Assembly: GCA_030390025.1 (NCBI GenBank)
Contig: CM059425.1
Coordinates: 178,686,001-178,750,000, forward strand
Source: Squalus acanthias
Lineage: Eukaryota
Direction of reading: 5' to 3'
DNA: 64,000 bases
The notes beneath the pieces were generated by a model. It ran no database searches. It saw nothing but the letters and a program-made list of their open reading frames with translations, and was not told the origin of the DNA. The number at the start of each line of letters is the position of its first letter. Within the stretch, counting starts at the first letter, position 1. Positions 1-12,917 of the stretch are shown here, piece by piece. A program made the translations under genes and the position numbers.

Positions 1-316
1 CTCCTTGTTAATTATGTCACCTCTTCATATAATAGTTTGCACAACCACTGCTTGATTTTAAAGCTTTTACAGAATATACATTATTCATAGGCAATTTTAT
101 ACAGTATATTTATCTGACAAACACACAAAAAGAGGGTAGGAAAAGACCATCAAACCCATTAATGTACACCCTACCCATGAGACAGTACAACCTTATGCAG
201 CACTCTTCATAATCACTAGTAACGCTAACTCTCGGAGGCAATAAAACAGAGTGACCAATTTCAAGAAACACTCTGGGAAATTGCTCGGCGACTCCGAGGG
301 AATCATGTAAACTCCA

Positions 317-904
317 GGGGATCGATTTTGACTCTGGTGTGACCAACCGGTGGAGCGCACTGACCGGCAGCCCGTTCCGGCAGCAAAGTGACCCCCGCGA
401 GTTTGAGGCCCTTCATTTAACTTTGGCAGGCGAGCTATGTGGTGCTAAACAGGCCTCCCGATGTAACTTGTTGGGATGAGGCCTCATCATCAGGATCAGG
501 CCAGGGCATCTGCCAGAAGACTAAGTTGTGGGGAAGGTGGGGGGGGGGGGGGTGGTGGGGGGGGAGTTCTGGGGCCCCCACACTCCTGGGATCCCCACAA
601 AAATAATTTGTGACTTGCCTTTGGTGGGCCTTTTAGACTATCGCCCGTGCTCCATGCACATTCCGATCAGTTCCAACCTAAAATGGAAATCAGAGTTCTA
701 TTTACGTCATAGGACCCTGATTTCCTTATTAAAAGGGGCTTAGCACCTGAAACAGGCGGGTGTTTCGGACACCTGGTGGTAGGTCGCTTTCAAAATGGAG
801 CAGACCGCATAGCTGGTGGTAATGAGACGGTCAGGCTACCAACCCCATTTTGAGGCTGCCACCATTCCATTAACACCAGGCAAAAGCAATGAAAATCGAC
901 CGCC
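317..904. mobile_element. Putative non-autonomous DNA transposon (MITE-like)
   Basis: GC-rich block bounded by imperfect terminal inverted repeats (TIRs) ggggatcgattttg (317-330) and gaaaatcgaccgcc (891-904). No credible ORF. Confidence 0.4.
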
Positions 905-1169
905 TAGGAGACTATGACACATCACCATATACACTAAACGAATACCCCCTTCCTTTCTTCATACGTCCCAGTGTCCTTAAGAATATAGGACTAGACTGGA
1001 CTGTAAAATATCATTTCCATCTATAAGGCCTGTCCTAAAAGGCATAGCCTTTCTACCCCACTTTATTTGTCATACCCTTCAGTAGCCCTGTCTGCCAAAA
1101 ATGAGCCCTTTACCTTTGTTGCACTGTAGGTTACTTCACATATTCACCACCCTCTGTATGAAGAAGCTA

Positions 1170-1805
1170 GGGTAGATTTTCCCTTATAGGTGCCTGCTGA
1201 GTGCTCAAGAGGTGCAGTGTACCTGAGGTGTGCTGTGCCTGTCAAAGGAGGATCCTGTAATTTTCCTGTCGTGGAACATTTGCATGGCCTGGGTGCAATC
1301 CTGGTGCAAGCCTACCCCTTGGCAGGGCTGCACACTGGAAAACAGGGCAGGAAACAAAAGTGCAGATGCACTCTGGTCACAAGCATCAGGGTCTTTCGGG
1401 TGCTGCTGGAGAGTAAGCCCAAGGCCTAAAGATCATCTGGACGGTAAGAGGTGGAAACTTTAAGGTTTATACTTGCCTGCCTCTGATTGTCATCTTTTGC
1501 TGCCCCAGCACCCTCGTAGACCATCCGGCTCACTAGGAGCCCTTGCAGAAGGTTTCTTGAGGCAACCCTTTGCCACAACAGTCCCACAAAGAGAAAAGTG
1601 GGTGAGAAGTTCATTAAAGTAGTAATGCTGGGCTTGTGCCTACTCCAGCCACAGGTCCAGTGATGTAAATTTAAGAATCCCCAGGATATCCCAGGAGAGG
1701 GCAATTGGGTGGAGACTTGATATAATGGGTTTCTGCCCCTTTTTTGTCTGTACTTCACCTAGGAAATCAGCATTTTCCAGGTACAATGAAGAGGAAAATC
1801 CACCC
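1170..1805. mobile_element. Putative non-autonomous DNA transposon (Harbinger-type MITE)
   Basis: TIRs gggtagattttcc (1170-1182) and ggaaaatccaccc (1793-1805) match 12/13. Same GGG..AAATT/ATTTT end style as other elements in the window. Confidence 0.5.
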
Positions 1806-1809
1806 TGTT

Positions 1810-2518
1810 ATATCTTAACTGTGTAGTCACCTCCAGTGAACCTCATGGGTCATTTCTCGGCACCACTGCTCTTTACTGTCTACATGCTGCCCGTGGCAAC
1901 ATTATTCAAATATACAGGGTCAACTTCTGCAAGTATGCTGATGACATCCAACTTATCTCACTGCCTCCTCCATTGACCCAATGATTGTTGCCACACTGCC
2001 AAATTGCCAACCTCCCCAGCTGTCACCTCAAGCTGAGTCAGAAAACTTTGGCGTCCTGGTCAACCCTGAACTCAACTTCATCCTAACAACTGCTAGATTA
2101 CCAAAATCACTTTCTTCCACCTTTGCAACACTGCCCACTTCCACCCTAGTACACGTCTTTATTATCTCAAGGCTTGACTTCTCCAATGCCCTCCTAGTTG
2201 GTTTCTCCGGATTAAACCATCTCTGCACAATCTTCAGCTCATCCAAAAATACCACGGCCTGTGTCTTTACATGCATTAAGTCTTTCACATTCACCACCCC
2301 TATCTTCTCCAAGCTGCACAGGCTCCGAGCCCCAGCAGGTCGATTTCAAAATTCTCATCCTTGTTTTCAAATCTCTCCATGGCCTTATGCCACACTACCT
2401 TAATGATCTCCTCCTTTCTCTGTTCCCACAATCATTCCCCACACTTTTAACTCGAGTCTTCTACTTGTCTCATGTTCTGATCACTCTACATTTGGCAATC
2501 TGCCTTCCTTAGTACTCT
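1810..2518 (+). mobile_element. Old L2-clade LINE 3' fragment (continues at ~4863-5060 after a younger L2 insertion)
   Basis: Decayed RT remnant (YADDIQL at ~1935; ISRLDFSNALL; DFKILILVFKSLHGL), diverged from the younger L2 copies. Confidence 0.7.
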
Positions 2519-4862
2519 AGCTGCTACTCCCATCGTGTTAATCGCAGATAAGGACATCCCTGACCACTTCCTCGTATCGCTCTCCACCCACATCCCCCTA
2601 CACCCCCCCCCCCCCACCAACCCTACTTCCTTCTGTACACACCCCTGGAAAAAACTCACTCCTCTTACAACTGCACTTACGAAATCCCAGCTGACCAGCC
2701 TTTGGCCCTCCATTCACCATGACATTTCTGCAGCTACCGATCTGCTCAACCACACCCTTGCCACCACTTTTCATGCCCTATTAAAACAATTACTCTCTCT
2801 CACCCTGGCCGTTCCCCCTGGTACGGCTCTCATCTTCGCTCCCTTAAATCCAAGGGACGCAGACTTGAACAGATATGGCGGACAACTGGTTTAGCCATTC
2901 ACCGCCAGATCTGGCTGGACCACAGAAAGCATTATTGGGTCCTACTCTCGTCTGCCAAAATTGCTCACTATTCCAGAATCATTCTGGAATGCACAGATAA
3001 ATCCCAGCTTCTATTCTCTACTGCTAACCGTCTTCTTAAACCCCTCTCCCTAGTCTCCTCCACCCTCACCTCCGACAACAAGTGTGACATGGACTTATTT
3101 GTCTCTAAGGTTGAGATCATCCATTCAGCTGCCTCCGCCACTTCCCTTCCTTCCCCTAGCCCACCGGGCCAAACTTCCTCTAAGGTTCCCCCTGCCCTAG
3201 CCCTGAACTCACATCTTTCTCCAGTTTCTCTCTGATCTCCTCTCTGCGCTCATCTTGTCCTTGAGACCCACTTCCTGCTCCCTCGACCCTATTCCTACCA
3301 AACTGCTAAACACCCAACTTCTTTTCTGGCTCCTATGTTAGCTGACATTGTTAACGGTTCTCTCCCCTCAGGTACTGTACCCCTCTCCCTCAAATCTGCC
3401 GTCATCACCCCTCTCCTCAAAAAAACAACCCTTGAGCCCTCCATCCTTGCAAACTACTGCCCCATCTCCAATCTCCCTTTCCTCTCCAAAGTCCTTGAAC
3501 ACGTTGTTGCCTCCCAAATCTGTGCACACCTTTCCCACAATTCCATGTTTGAATCCCTCCAATCAGGTTTCCGCCCCTGCCACAGTACCGAAACGGCTCT
3601 CAAATGCCATTCTTTGTGATCGTGACAAGGTAAACTATCCCTTCTTGTCCTTCTTGACTTGTCTGCAGCCTTTGACATGATTGACCACTCCATCCTTCTC
3701 CAACGCCTCTCCACCGTCATCCAGCTGGGTAGGACTGCACTCGCCTGGTTCCATTCTTATCTTTCTAATCGTAGCCAGAGAATCACCTGCAATGGCTTCT
3801 CTTCCTGCTCATGCATCATTACCTCTGGTGTCCCCCAAGGTTCTTTCATTAGCCCCCTCCTATTTCTCATCTACATGCTGCCCCTTGGCATTATCATCCG
3901 AAAACACAGCGTCAGTTTCCACATGTAAGTTGATGACACCCAGCTCTACCTCACCACCACTTCTCTCAACCCCTCCACACTGCTTATCAGACATCCAGTT
4001 CTGGATGAGCAGAAATTTTCTCCAATTAAATATTGGGAAGACCGAAGCCATTGTTTTCGGTCCCCGTCACAAACTCCATTCCCTAGCCACTGACTTCCTT
4101 CCCTCTCCCAAACATCTGTCTGAGGCTGAACCACACTGTTTGCAACCTTGGTGTCATATTTGACCCCGAAATGAACTTCTGACTACATATCCGCAGCATA
4201 ACAAAGACCACCTATTTCCACCTCCATAACATTGCCCGTCTCTGCCCTTGCCTCAGCTCATCCTTTGTTACCTCTAGACTTGACTATTCCAATGCACTCC
4301 AGGCTGGTCTCCCACGTTCTACCCTGTGTAAACTTGAGATCATCCAAAGCTCGACTGCCTGTGTCCTAACTCATACCAAGTCCCATTCACCCACCACGCC
4401 TGTGCTTGCTGACCTACATTGGCTCCCGGTTAAGCAACACCTTGATTTCAAAATTCTCATCCTTGTTTTCAAATCCTTCCATAGCCTCGCCCTCCCTATC
4501 TCTGTAATCTGCTCCAGCCCCACAACTCCCCCCCCCCCCCACCCCCCGAGATAGCTGCATTCCTCTAATTCTTCCCTCTTGAGCATTCCTGATTATAAAT
4601 CGCTCAACTATGCCTTCTGTTGACTAGGCCCCAAGCTCTGGAATTCCCTCCCTAAATCTCTCTGCCTCTCTGCCTCTCTTTCCTCCTTTAAGACGCTCCT
4701 TAAAACCTACTTCTTTGACTAGGCTTTTGGTCATCTGCCCTAATTTCTCCTTGTGTGGCTCGATGTCAAATTTTTTGTCTTATAACACTCCTGTGAAGAG
4801 CCTTGGGACGTTTTACTACGTTAAAGGCGCTATGTAAATACAAGTTGTTGTTGTTGTAGTAG
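2519..4862 (+). mobile_element. L2-clade LINE, 5'-truncated, decayed ORF2 (reverse transcriptase)
   Basis: RT motifs NYCPISNLPFLSKVLE, QSGFRPCHSTETAL, LSAAFD, GVPQGS across frameshifted ORFs 3335-4163. Ends in aaggcgctatgtaaatacaag(ttg)n. Candidate TSD ttagtactct (2509-2518) / ttagttctct (4863-4872). Confidence 0.9.
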
Positions 4863-7800
4863 TTAGTTCTCTTTGCCTCGACATTTCCCTGTTTGCTGTC
4901 AGAAATGTCCACAAAACCTTCTCTTTGACCAAGCTTTGGTTCTCCATCCTAGATACTGCACTCCCTCCATTCTCCATGATTGGTGTCTACTATTCCTTTT
5001 TCCTCATTATTGTAAAACACTTTCCTGCACATGAGAAGCACTATCTAAATGCAAGCTGTTAGCTCCTCTAAACGGTATGTTCCCAATTACCTTGTACATA
5101 CTCACATAAAGATGAAAAAAATATATCCGCTTTGGCTGAGCATGTTGTAATCAAAGAACAATTACAATCATTTTTTTTTAAGTGCATTGTAGAGATAAAA
5201 AAAGAATTGCAAATCCTGTAAATCTGAAATGAAACAGAAATACAGAGCAAGATTTGAAAAGACTCGTTAATATTTCAGTTATGACCAATACTGTTGAAGG
5301 GTTGCCTGAAACTTTGAGTCATCTTTTTCTTTCAGATTCTGATTGATTGGCTATGCAATTTCAGCATGTTATTTCTTTTTAAATATGTCAATTAATGTTA
5401 GTCAGTTTCCAATCTGACTTACTGTCTTACACATAAAATCTCATTGTTGGCAACAAACTGTTGGTAAGTGGGATTATCTATTGGAGCATTCAATGTTCTT
5501 GCAGGTAGCAGTTAATACTAGATTTATTGAGTATTGTACATTACCTAGTGTGACTGTAAATTTAGATTCTAATCTGCACTTCACGAATGACAAGCTGTTG
5601 GGTTGATGTGGCCAATGAGTTCTTGTTTATTTCCTCATTTTGCTGAGTGATCTATAGTGTAACTCCAGTGCCGTCATACAACAGTAAATTTCACTCTGTG
5701 TTAAGGTCTCCCAATTAACCCAGCCAAAATACAAGGCGGAACAAAGTTCCTGTTTCTATTTGGCTGCAGATTTGTATTCGTTGAGAATCTTCAACAACTG
5801 CTCAAATACAAGTTGAAGTGAGTAATTTATTTGGACTAGATTTCAGAACACAAATTTCCCTTGCTCTTGTCCGCAAAGATTACTGTTGCTTGTACTAACA
5901 TCTGATGCAAGTCCCCTGCTTTCAGCTGTAAATCAAGTCACAGAGCATGTGTTGGGCAGGTAATTTAATACTGTTACTGACCTGGGGCAGACCTCACTGT
6001 AAGCCCTGGGGGCTCACATTCAATTCAGGTCATCTTAACTTGAACTGAATATGACCTCCACCCCCACAACAAAATTAATAGGGGATGCTGCTTTGACCCA
6101 AACGGAAGGCCACTGGGCCATCTCTGCGGGGATGGGAGTATAAACAGAGCTTATTGGAGCAGGTGTGACCTAAGAAAGTGGAAGAGATGATTGGCATTAG
6201 AGCCTGTGCCTTGTTACTCTAATTTGAGCTATGTTGTAAAATAAGCAGGGGTGGTCTCAAAAGGAATTCAGTAAAGTTCTTGCCACTAGTTTTCTCTTAA
6301 TTTACAGGTCAATTGTATAGGTCAGGTCATTCCTATCGGTCAGCTTATTTACATAATTTGATAAAGCTTCTAATACATACTGCATGATTCGCCAGGAGCA
6401 CCGTGTGGGTCAGGGCCAAGAACTCAGCTCAAAGCAGGAGTTGAATCTTTTGGCCAGTATAGCCCAGATACATACATGATGCCTTTACCAATTGGCTGAA
6501 TTAGCAGCGTTTAGTTGCATAGGTCAAGTGTCTTATTTTTGGTTGCCAGAGAGGTAAATTTGAACTTTCCATGCTGTTAGTAAGTTAAGAAGCAACAGAT
6601 TTGAACTTGCACATTAGGAGCTAACTGAATAGAGTAGTGGGCAGGTCCCAGTAAAACAAAAAGTGTCCATCTACCTACCATTGCAAATATAGGGCCCTAT
6701 GTGTATGGAGTCAGCGTGAGAACGTTTGAGACCCCTCCTACTATACAATATGAAAGCGCCTGCATCCTGTTTCTTGCTAGCTGGAAAAAAAGTTGGATCA
6801 GGTAGATGTCTTCCCCATCATTACTCAACACCACTGGTACCATATCAATTCTCATGTGTGCCTAGGAACTGTTCCTTTATGCTGTAGGTTATGCCACTTT
6901 GCGATTATCACCACTGGGAACATGACTCAACATAGATCTCATTAACCTTGAAAAGGTTCCAATCTATTGACTGTTTGCTACATCTTAGTTCTAAACCAGA
7001 GTATTTACCAAGGATCCTTTTAAATTCTAGTGTGGTGCAGGTGTTGTGGGAACTGTTGGGCAGCAGCAAAGCAGGGCAATGTTACCAATGAGCAAGAAGG
7101 GCCGTGACAGGTAGTTAAAAAAAAATGAAAAATTGTAAAAAAAACAATGCCTATAGGGTTTTTTTGCGCAGCTGAGCAACAGAAAAAAGTTTATTTTGTT
7201 TGTTTCTGTTCAAATAAGCTATGGTTATTTTGGGGCTGCGCATTCATTCCATGCTGAAAGTGCGCCTCCCACCATATTGCTCAGCAGTGCACACTTGAAA
7301 CTAGTGTTAGGCCCATTGCATGCGTCTGTTTCAGGCTCCTTTGCTGAATTGGTCGGTGGATGACCACAGCATGCGCTGCACTCAGTTTCGTCAGATTCTC
7401 AGCAGCCAAACCAGCTTCCATCCACAAGGTAAGTGTAAAATATTTTATTTACCTTATTGAGGAGCATGAGTGCCTTCCCGGCTCCACATTAAGACTGTGG
7501 GCCGCTGCCTGACTACCGCTCGCCTCCCGCCCGGACTCTCCTGAGGCTCTCGCCCTGCTTGGACGTCGGCCGATCTAGCTGCCCACTCCCCCGCCCTGTG
7601 ATCGGCGAGCTGCCTCTGGGGCCAAGGATGGTGCCTGCAGCTCATTGGTACTATCCTAATGAGGCCGGCACACCAATTTGCCATTGTCCTCTCATCAGTT
7701 GCGTGCAGTGTGCCCTGCACCAGGACTGAGGCCTGATTCAGGTAACATCCAATTTCTGGCCTTCTGTGTCGGACTTGCAACTGATTGGCTCAATTTCATA

Positions 7801-8199
7801 TTCATAAAACAGTAACAAGTCACAACTGAACAGAACGGCAACATGTCAATCAGCAAGTAGCAAAACCAGCAACCATGAAATTCAACAAAATTTGAAGCAA
7901 AAATGGGCAGCTCCCAATACAAACAGCAAAGGCAAAATATTAAATCTCTCAAAATATTTTTTGAAAATCCTTTTGGCAATCTTGAATTCAGCACTAAGAT
8001 GAGATCTTACTACTGGAAATAAGGTTTGTAACATAATAAAGATAGAAAAAATGTACAAATTGATTAAACTTATGTATATAATAGTATTTTCTGTGTTAGT
8101 AATGTATCTAATAATGTTTCCCATCAGAGGTATGGGCCTATATGAGAAAATTGAGAGGTCGCACAACACCAGGTTATAGTCCAACAGTTTTATTTGAAA

Positions 8200-8237
8200 T
8201 CACAAGCTTTCGGAGTTACTACTCCTTCGTCGGGTGA
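8200..8237 (-). ncRNA. Minimal type-I hammerhead ribozyme motif, core variant (CCGACGA)
   Basis: Reverse strand reads ucac-CCGACGA-a-ggagu(agua)acucc-GAAA-gc-uu-guga. The normally invariant U of CUGANGA is C. Confidence 0.55.
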
Positions 8238-8491
8238 AGTAAAATGATACAGAATCGCCAAAGCATATATAGATAGAGAACAATGCATGTGTACCTTACA
8301 CTTGCAGACAACTAAATTAAATCATCCTGACTATCTGCCGAGGTGTGATAAAGTTAATCAGGTCAGCCTGATTAACTTTATCACACCTCGGCAGATAGTC
8401 AGGATGATTTAATTTAGTTGTCTGCAAGTGTAAGGTACACATGCATTGTTCTCTATCTATATATGCTTTGGCGATTCTGTATCATTTTACT

Positions 8492-8529
8492 TCACCCGAC
8501 GAAGGAGTAGTAACTCCGAAAGCTTGTGA
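8492..8529 (+). ncRNA. Minimal type-I hammerhead ribozyme motif, core variant (CCGACGA)
   Basis: tcac-ccgacga-a-ggagt(agta)actcc-gaaa-gc-tt-gtga. Mirror copy of 8200-8237. Confidence 0.55.
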
Positions 8530-8705
8530 TTTCAAATAAAACTGTTGGACTATAACCTGGTGTTGTGCGACCTCTCAATTTTGTCCACCCCAGTCCGCAT
8601 CATGACCTATATGAGAAGCCTAACCTTTGAATTCATGCAGGTTCCCAGATCCATACCGCTCTCAACCTGCACCTGAGCCTGAAACGTCCAAATTTATTAT
8701 GATTG

Positions 8706-9423
8706 TGATGCGGAGATGGACTGGGGTGGACAAAAATGAGAAGTCGCACAACACCAGGTTATAGTCCAACAGATTTATTTAAAATTACGAGCTTTCGGAG
8801 CTGTTGCCCCTTCGTCAGGTAAAGGTACAACGAGGGAATCGATTGCACAGTATATAAACACAGAAAGCAATTTGTCTGCAGAGATACAATCTTTCAGGGA
8901 GGCATTACATCAAAGACACACCAGAGCACAGCCAAGACAATGAGATGGGTCACCTTCGACAACCAGTTTTTTACCCAAACACACGGAACAGCCATGGGGA
9001 CCAAATTCGCACCCCAATACGCCAACATCTTCATGCACAAGTTCGAGCAAGACTTCTTCGCTGCACAGGACCTCCAACCAACGCTGTACACCAGATACAT
9101 CGACGACATCTTCTTCCTTTGGACCCACGGCGAAGGATCACTGAAAGGACTACACGATAACATCAACAGGTTCCATCCCACCATCAAACTCACCATGGAC
9201 TACTCCTCAGAATCGGTTTCATTCTTGGACACACGAATCTCCATCAAAGACGGACACCTCAGCACTTCACTCTACCGCAAGCCCACGGACAACCTCACGA
9301 TGCTCCACTTCTCCAGCTTCCAACCTAACCACGTTAAAGAAGCCATCCCCTATGGACAAGCCCTGCGAATACACAGGATCTGCTCAGACGAGGAGGAACG
9401 CGATGGACACCTACGACACTGAA
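8706..9423. mobile_element. Penelope-like element fragment: minus-strand 3' end (8706-~8953) joined to a plus-strand RT fragment (~8950-9423)
   Basis: ORF 8940-9422 encodes PLE-type RT core (GTAMGTKFAPQYANIFM, RYIDDIFFLW, VSFLD, LYRKPTD). The left part is the reverse complement of the family 3' end including its tail. Confidence 0.9.
8785..8822 (-). ncRNA. Minimal type-I hammerhead ribozyme motif
   Basis: Reverse strand reads uuac-CUGACGA-a-ggggc(aaca)gcucc-GAAA-gc-UC-guaa. Intact core; stems I and II pair. Confidence 0.75.
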
Positions 9424-10026
9424 TGGAAACCAGGCGGGCAGTCAGTTAAAATCACCCAGGAGATTACCCACTGATGTTCCTCTCCCTTCCCGCAGACTTT
9501 ATTTTTGAACCTAGTGGGAAGAGGAGGCTGGGACTAAACAGGTAAGTATAAAACATTTTTTTTTCATTTCCTTATAGGGTCAAGAGGAGCAGGAGTGCTT
9601 TTCCGGGCACCACTAGGAATGTTTAGGCCTCCCCTCCACTGAGCTCTCCCAATCTCGATCATGAAGCCCTCCAGAAATTCCCTCCCTGCGACTTAGGTGA
9701 GTGCCAGGGACCATTGCTTCAGTCCTCGGCGATGGCATCCTGCCGCCTGATATTGTGTTGCCACTTCCAGTCGGTTTCAGGTGGGCAACTGACCGGTGGC
9801 ATGCAGATGATGCCCGGGAGTTAAAAATCACCCAGTCCTCACGCTGCTAAGGTTTTAAAATCCAAAGATTGGCAATGCCTAATCATAAGTTCCTTATTAA
9901 CTTTGTCTTTTTATTTACTTTTTTCAACTTTGGTGGTGTCACCTTGATTTCTTAACAAAAAAACCCACCAGTTCACTTGCACTTTATACCTCACCTACAT
10001 TTCAGCTCCATTCTATACCTCGCCTA

Positions 10027-10350
10027 ATACAGTACTGAGGGAGTGCTGCACTGTTGGAGGTGCCGTCTTTCAGATGAGACATTAAACCGAGGCCCCGTCT
10101 GCTCTCTCGGGTGGACGTAAAAGACGGCACTATTTTGAAGAAGAGCATGGGAGTTATCTCCAGTGTCCTGGCCAATATTTATCCCTCAATCAACATCACT
10201 AAAACAGATTAGCTGGTCATTATCACATTGTTGTTTGTGGGAACTTGCTGTGCGCAATGTAGGCATGTCCTACATTACAACAGTGACTACACTTCAAAAG
10301 TACTTCATTGGCTGTAAAGCACTTTGGGACGTCCGGTGGTCATGAAAGTC
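10027..10350 (+). mobile_element. Deu-domain SINE (SacSINE1/AmnSINE1-like), 5'-truncated
   Basis: ctttcagatgagacattaaaccgaggccccgtctgc core plus an L2-like 3' tail (gtgactacacttcaaaagtacttcattggctgtaaagc). Homologous to 14885-15215 and 49725-49830. Family recognised from memory. Confidence 0.75.
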
Positions 10351-10846
10351 ACTACAAGTCTTTTTTTGATATTGTGCCTCCCCTCCACTCTGTGTGTCTC
10401 TCTTCTACTCTGCCCCTTTTCTTCACTCTGCACCTCAGCTCCATCTCTTCACCCTGGCATCCTTGCAGTTTGGCCTCTCTTTCACTCCTCCATTCAACAT
10501 CTCTTCTCCACGCTGCCTCCCTCCCACACCTCTTCTCCATTCTGCACCATTACTCTACTGTATGAGTTGTTTCCATTTTGCAGCTTTTCACTGCTGAGCC
10601 CCTTTTTGCCATAGGACAGTATCATTCTGCTCCTTTATATTAGCAGCCCATTAATTCAACTCCCATTTGCCACTGTGAACATGGTGATTTTGTTGCCTTT
10701 CATCTTATTGGAAGTTTAACGGTGGAAATTTCTGTTTTCAATAATAGCAGAAGACTGCTTAATGCATTCTTATCACATTTCTCTATCCATTATTTTAATG
10801 AGAAGTCGCACAACACCAGGTTATAGTCCAACAGATTTATTTAAAA

Positions 10847-10888
10847 TTACAAGCTTTCGGAGCTATCGATCGCCCCTTCTTCAGGTAA
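10847..10888 (-). ncRNA. Minimal type-I hammerhead ribozyme motif
   Basis: Reverse strand reads uuac-CUGAAGA-a-ggggc(gaucgaua)gcucc-GAAA-gc-UU-guaa. Confidence 0.75.
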
Positions 10889-11129
10889 AGTTACTATGAG
10901 TGAATCTACAAAAATTCACAGAATATAAACACAGAAAAAATGCAGAGATACAATCTTTCCTTACATCAAAGACACACCAAGAGCACAGCCAAGACAATGA
11001 GATGTGTCCCAGGGGGTCCAACGTGTCAAAACCTGCTGTCTGCATATCCTCTCCATTTGGGTTTGTTTTTTGTGTTTGTTTTTTGAGTTTGTTTTTTAAA
11101 AAACTGGAAAGACAGACAACGATGTCAAG

Positions 11130-12910
11130 TCACGTTCTGTAGCGTGACATGAACTCGATATCCCTATTGAGGCTGTCCTCATGAGTGCGGAACTTGGCTA
11201 TCAGTTTCTGCTCGATGATTTTGCATTGTCGTGTATCTCGAAGGCCGCCTTGGAGAACGCTAACCCGCAGATCCGAGACTGAATGCCCTTGACTGCTGAA
11301 GTGTTCCCCGACTGGGAGGCAACCATCCTGCCTGGCGATTGTTGCGCGGTGTCCGTTCATACGTTGTCTCAGTGTCTGCATGGTCTCGCCGATGTACCAT
11401 GCTCTGGTGCATCCTTTACTGCAACGTATCAGGTAGACAACGTTGGCCGAGTCACATGAGTATGTACCATGTACCTGGTGGGTAGTGTCCTCATGTGTGA
11501 TGATGGTATCTGTGTTCATGATCTGGCATGTCTTGCAGAGGTTGCCGTGGCAGGGTTGTGTGGTGTCGTGGTCGCTGTTCTCCTGACAGCTGGGTAATTT
11601 GCTGCGAACGATGGTACTTTTGAGGTTAGGCGGCTGCTTGAAGGTGAGTAGTGCAGGCGTAGGGATGGCCTTAGCAAGGTGTTCATCGTCATCGATGACA
11701 TGTTGAAGGCTGCGAAGAACATGGCGTAGTTTCTCCGCTCCGGGGAAGTACTGGACGACGTAGGGTACTCTGTTGGTTGTGTCCCGTGTTCGTCTTCTGA
11801 GGAGGTCTATGCGGTTTTTCGCTGTGGCCTGTCGGAACTGTCGATCGACGAGTCGAGCGTCATATCACGTTCTTACGAGGGCGTCTTTCAGTGTCCGTAG
11901 GTGTCCATCGCGTTCCTCCTCGTCTGAGCAGATCCTGTGTATTCGCAAGGCTTGTCCATAGGGAATGGCTTCTTTAACGTGGTTCGGGTGGAAGCTGGAG
12001 AAGTGGAGCATCGTGAGGTTGTCCGTGGGCTTGCGGTAGAGTGAAGTGCTGAGGCGTCCATCTTTGATGGAGATTCGTGTGTCCAAGAATGAAACTGATT
12101 CTGAGGAGTAGTCCATGGTGAGTTTGATGGTGGGATGGAACCTGTTGATGCTATCGTGTAGTCCTTTCAGTGATCCTTCGCCGTGGGTCTAAAGGAAGAA
12201 GATGTCGTCGATGTATCTGGTGTACAGCGTTGGTTGGAGGTCCTGTGCAGCGAAGAAGTCTTGCTCGAACTTGTGCATGAAGATGTTGGCGTATTGGGGT
12301 GCGAATTTGGTCCCCATGGCTGTTCCGTGTGTTTGGGTTAAAACTGGTTGTCGAAGGTGAAGACGTTGTGGTCAAGGATGAAGCGGATGAGTTGTAGGAT
12401 GGCGTCTTGAGATTGGCTGTTGTTGGTGTTGAGTACTGAGGCTGTCGCAGCGATGCCGTCATCGTGGGGGATATTGGTGTAGAGTGCCGATACGTCCATC
12501 GTGGCGAGGAGTGTTCCTGGTTCAACTGGTCCATGGGTGCTGAGTTTCTGCAAGAAGTCTGTAGTGTCACGACAGAAGCTGGGGGTTCCCTGTACGATGG
12601 GTTTCAGGATGCCCTCGACGTACCCAGAGAGGTTCTCACACAGGGTTCCGTTGCCTGATACGATAGGACGTCCGGGTGTGTTGGCTTTGTGTATCTTTGG
12701 GAGGCAGTAAAAGTCTCCTACGCGGGGAGTACGTGGGATGAGAGCGCGTAGGATGTTTTGAAGTTCTGGATCGAAGGTCTTGATCAGTCTATTGAGTTGG
12801 CGGGTGTGTTCTTTGGTCGGATCTGCGGGTAGCTGTCGGTAGTGTTCCTGGTTGTCCAGTTGTCGGTATGCTTCTTTGCAATAGTCCATTCTGTTCTGTA
12901 TGACGATGGC
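11130..12910 (-). pseudogene. PLE ORF (reverse transcriptase + Cys-rich linker + GIY-YIG endonuclease), 5'-truncated and disrupted
   Basis: FYCLPKIHK, PGRPIVS, TMDVSALYTNI, GTAMG, YIDD, then VVYLIRC..YIGET. Frameshift at ~12338 and a GGA>TGA stop at 11865-11867 relative to the other copies. Confidence 0.9.
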
Positions 12911-12917
12911 TACCTAC

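Larger units (their letters stand above)
8149..8605. mobile_element. Non-coding Penelope-like element terminus inserted as a perfect fold-back (palindrome 8147-8582 plus 3' tail)
   Basis: 216-bp arms are exact reverse complements around a tcag loop (8363-8366). Sequence matches the 3' ends of the PLE copies at 16417-16630 and 43500-43636. TSD cctatatgagaa at 8137-8148 and 8606-8617. Confidence 0.9.

Noticed and set aside
5068..5250. Minus-strand exon candidate (acceptor tttcatttcag, donor gtgagt, possible MLSQSGYIFFIF start)
   Set aside because: The acceptor lies in a decayed copy of the interspersed repeat seen at 48895-48982, the peptide is unrecognised, and no partner exons were found.
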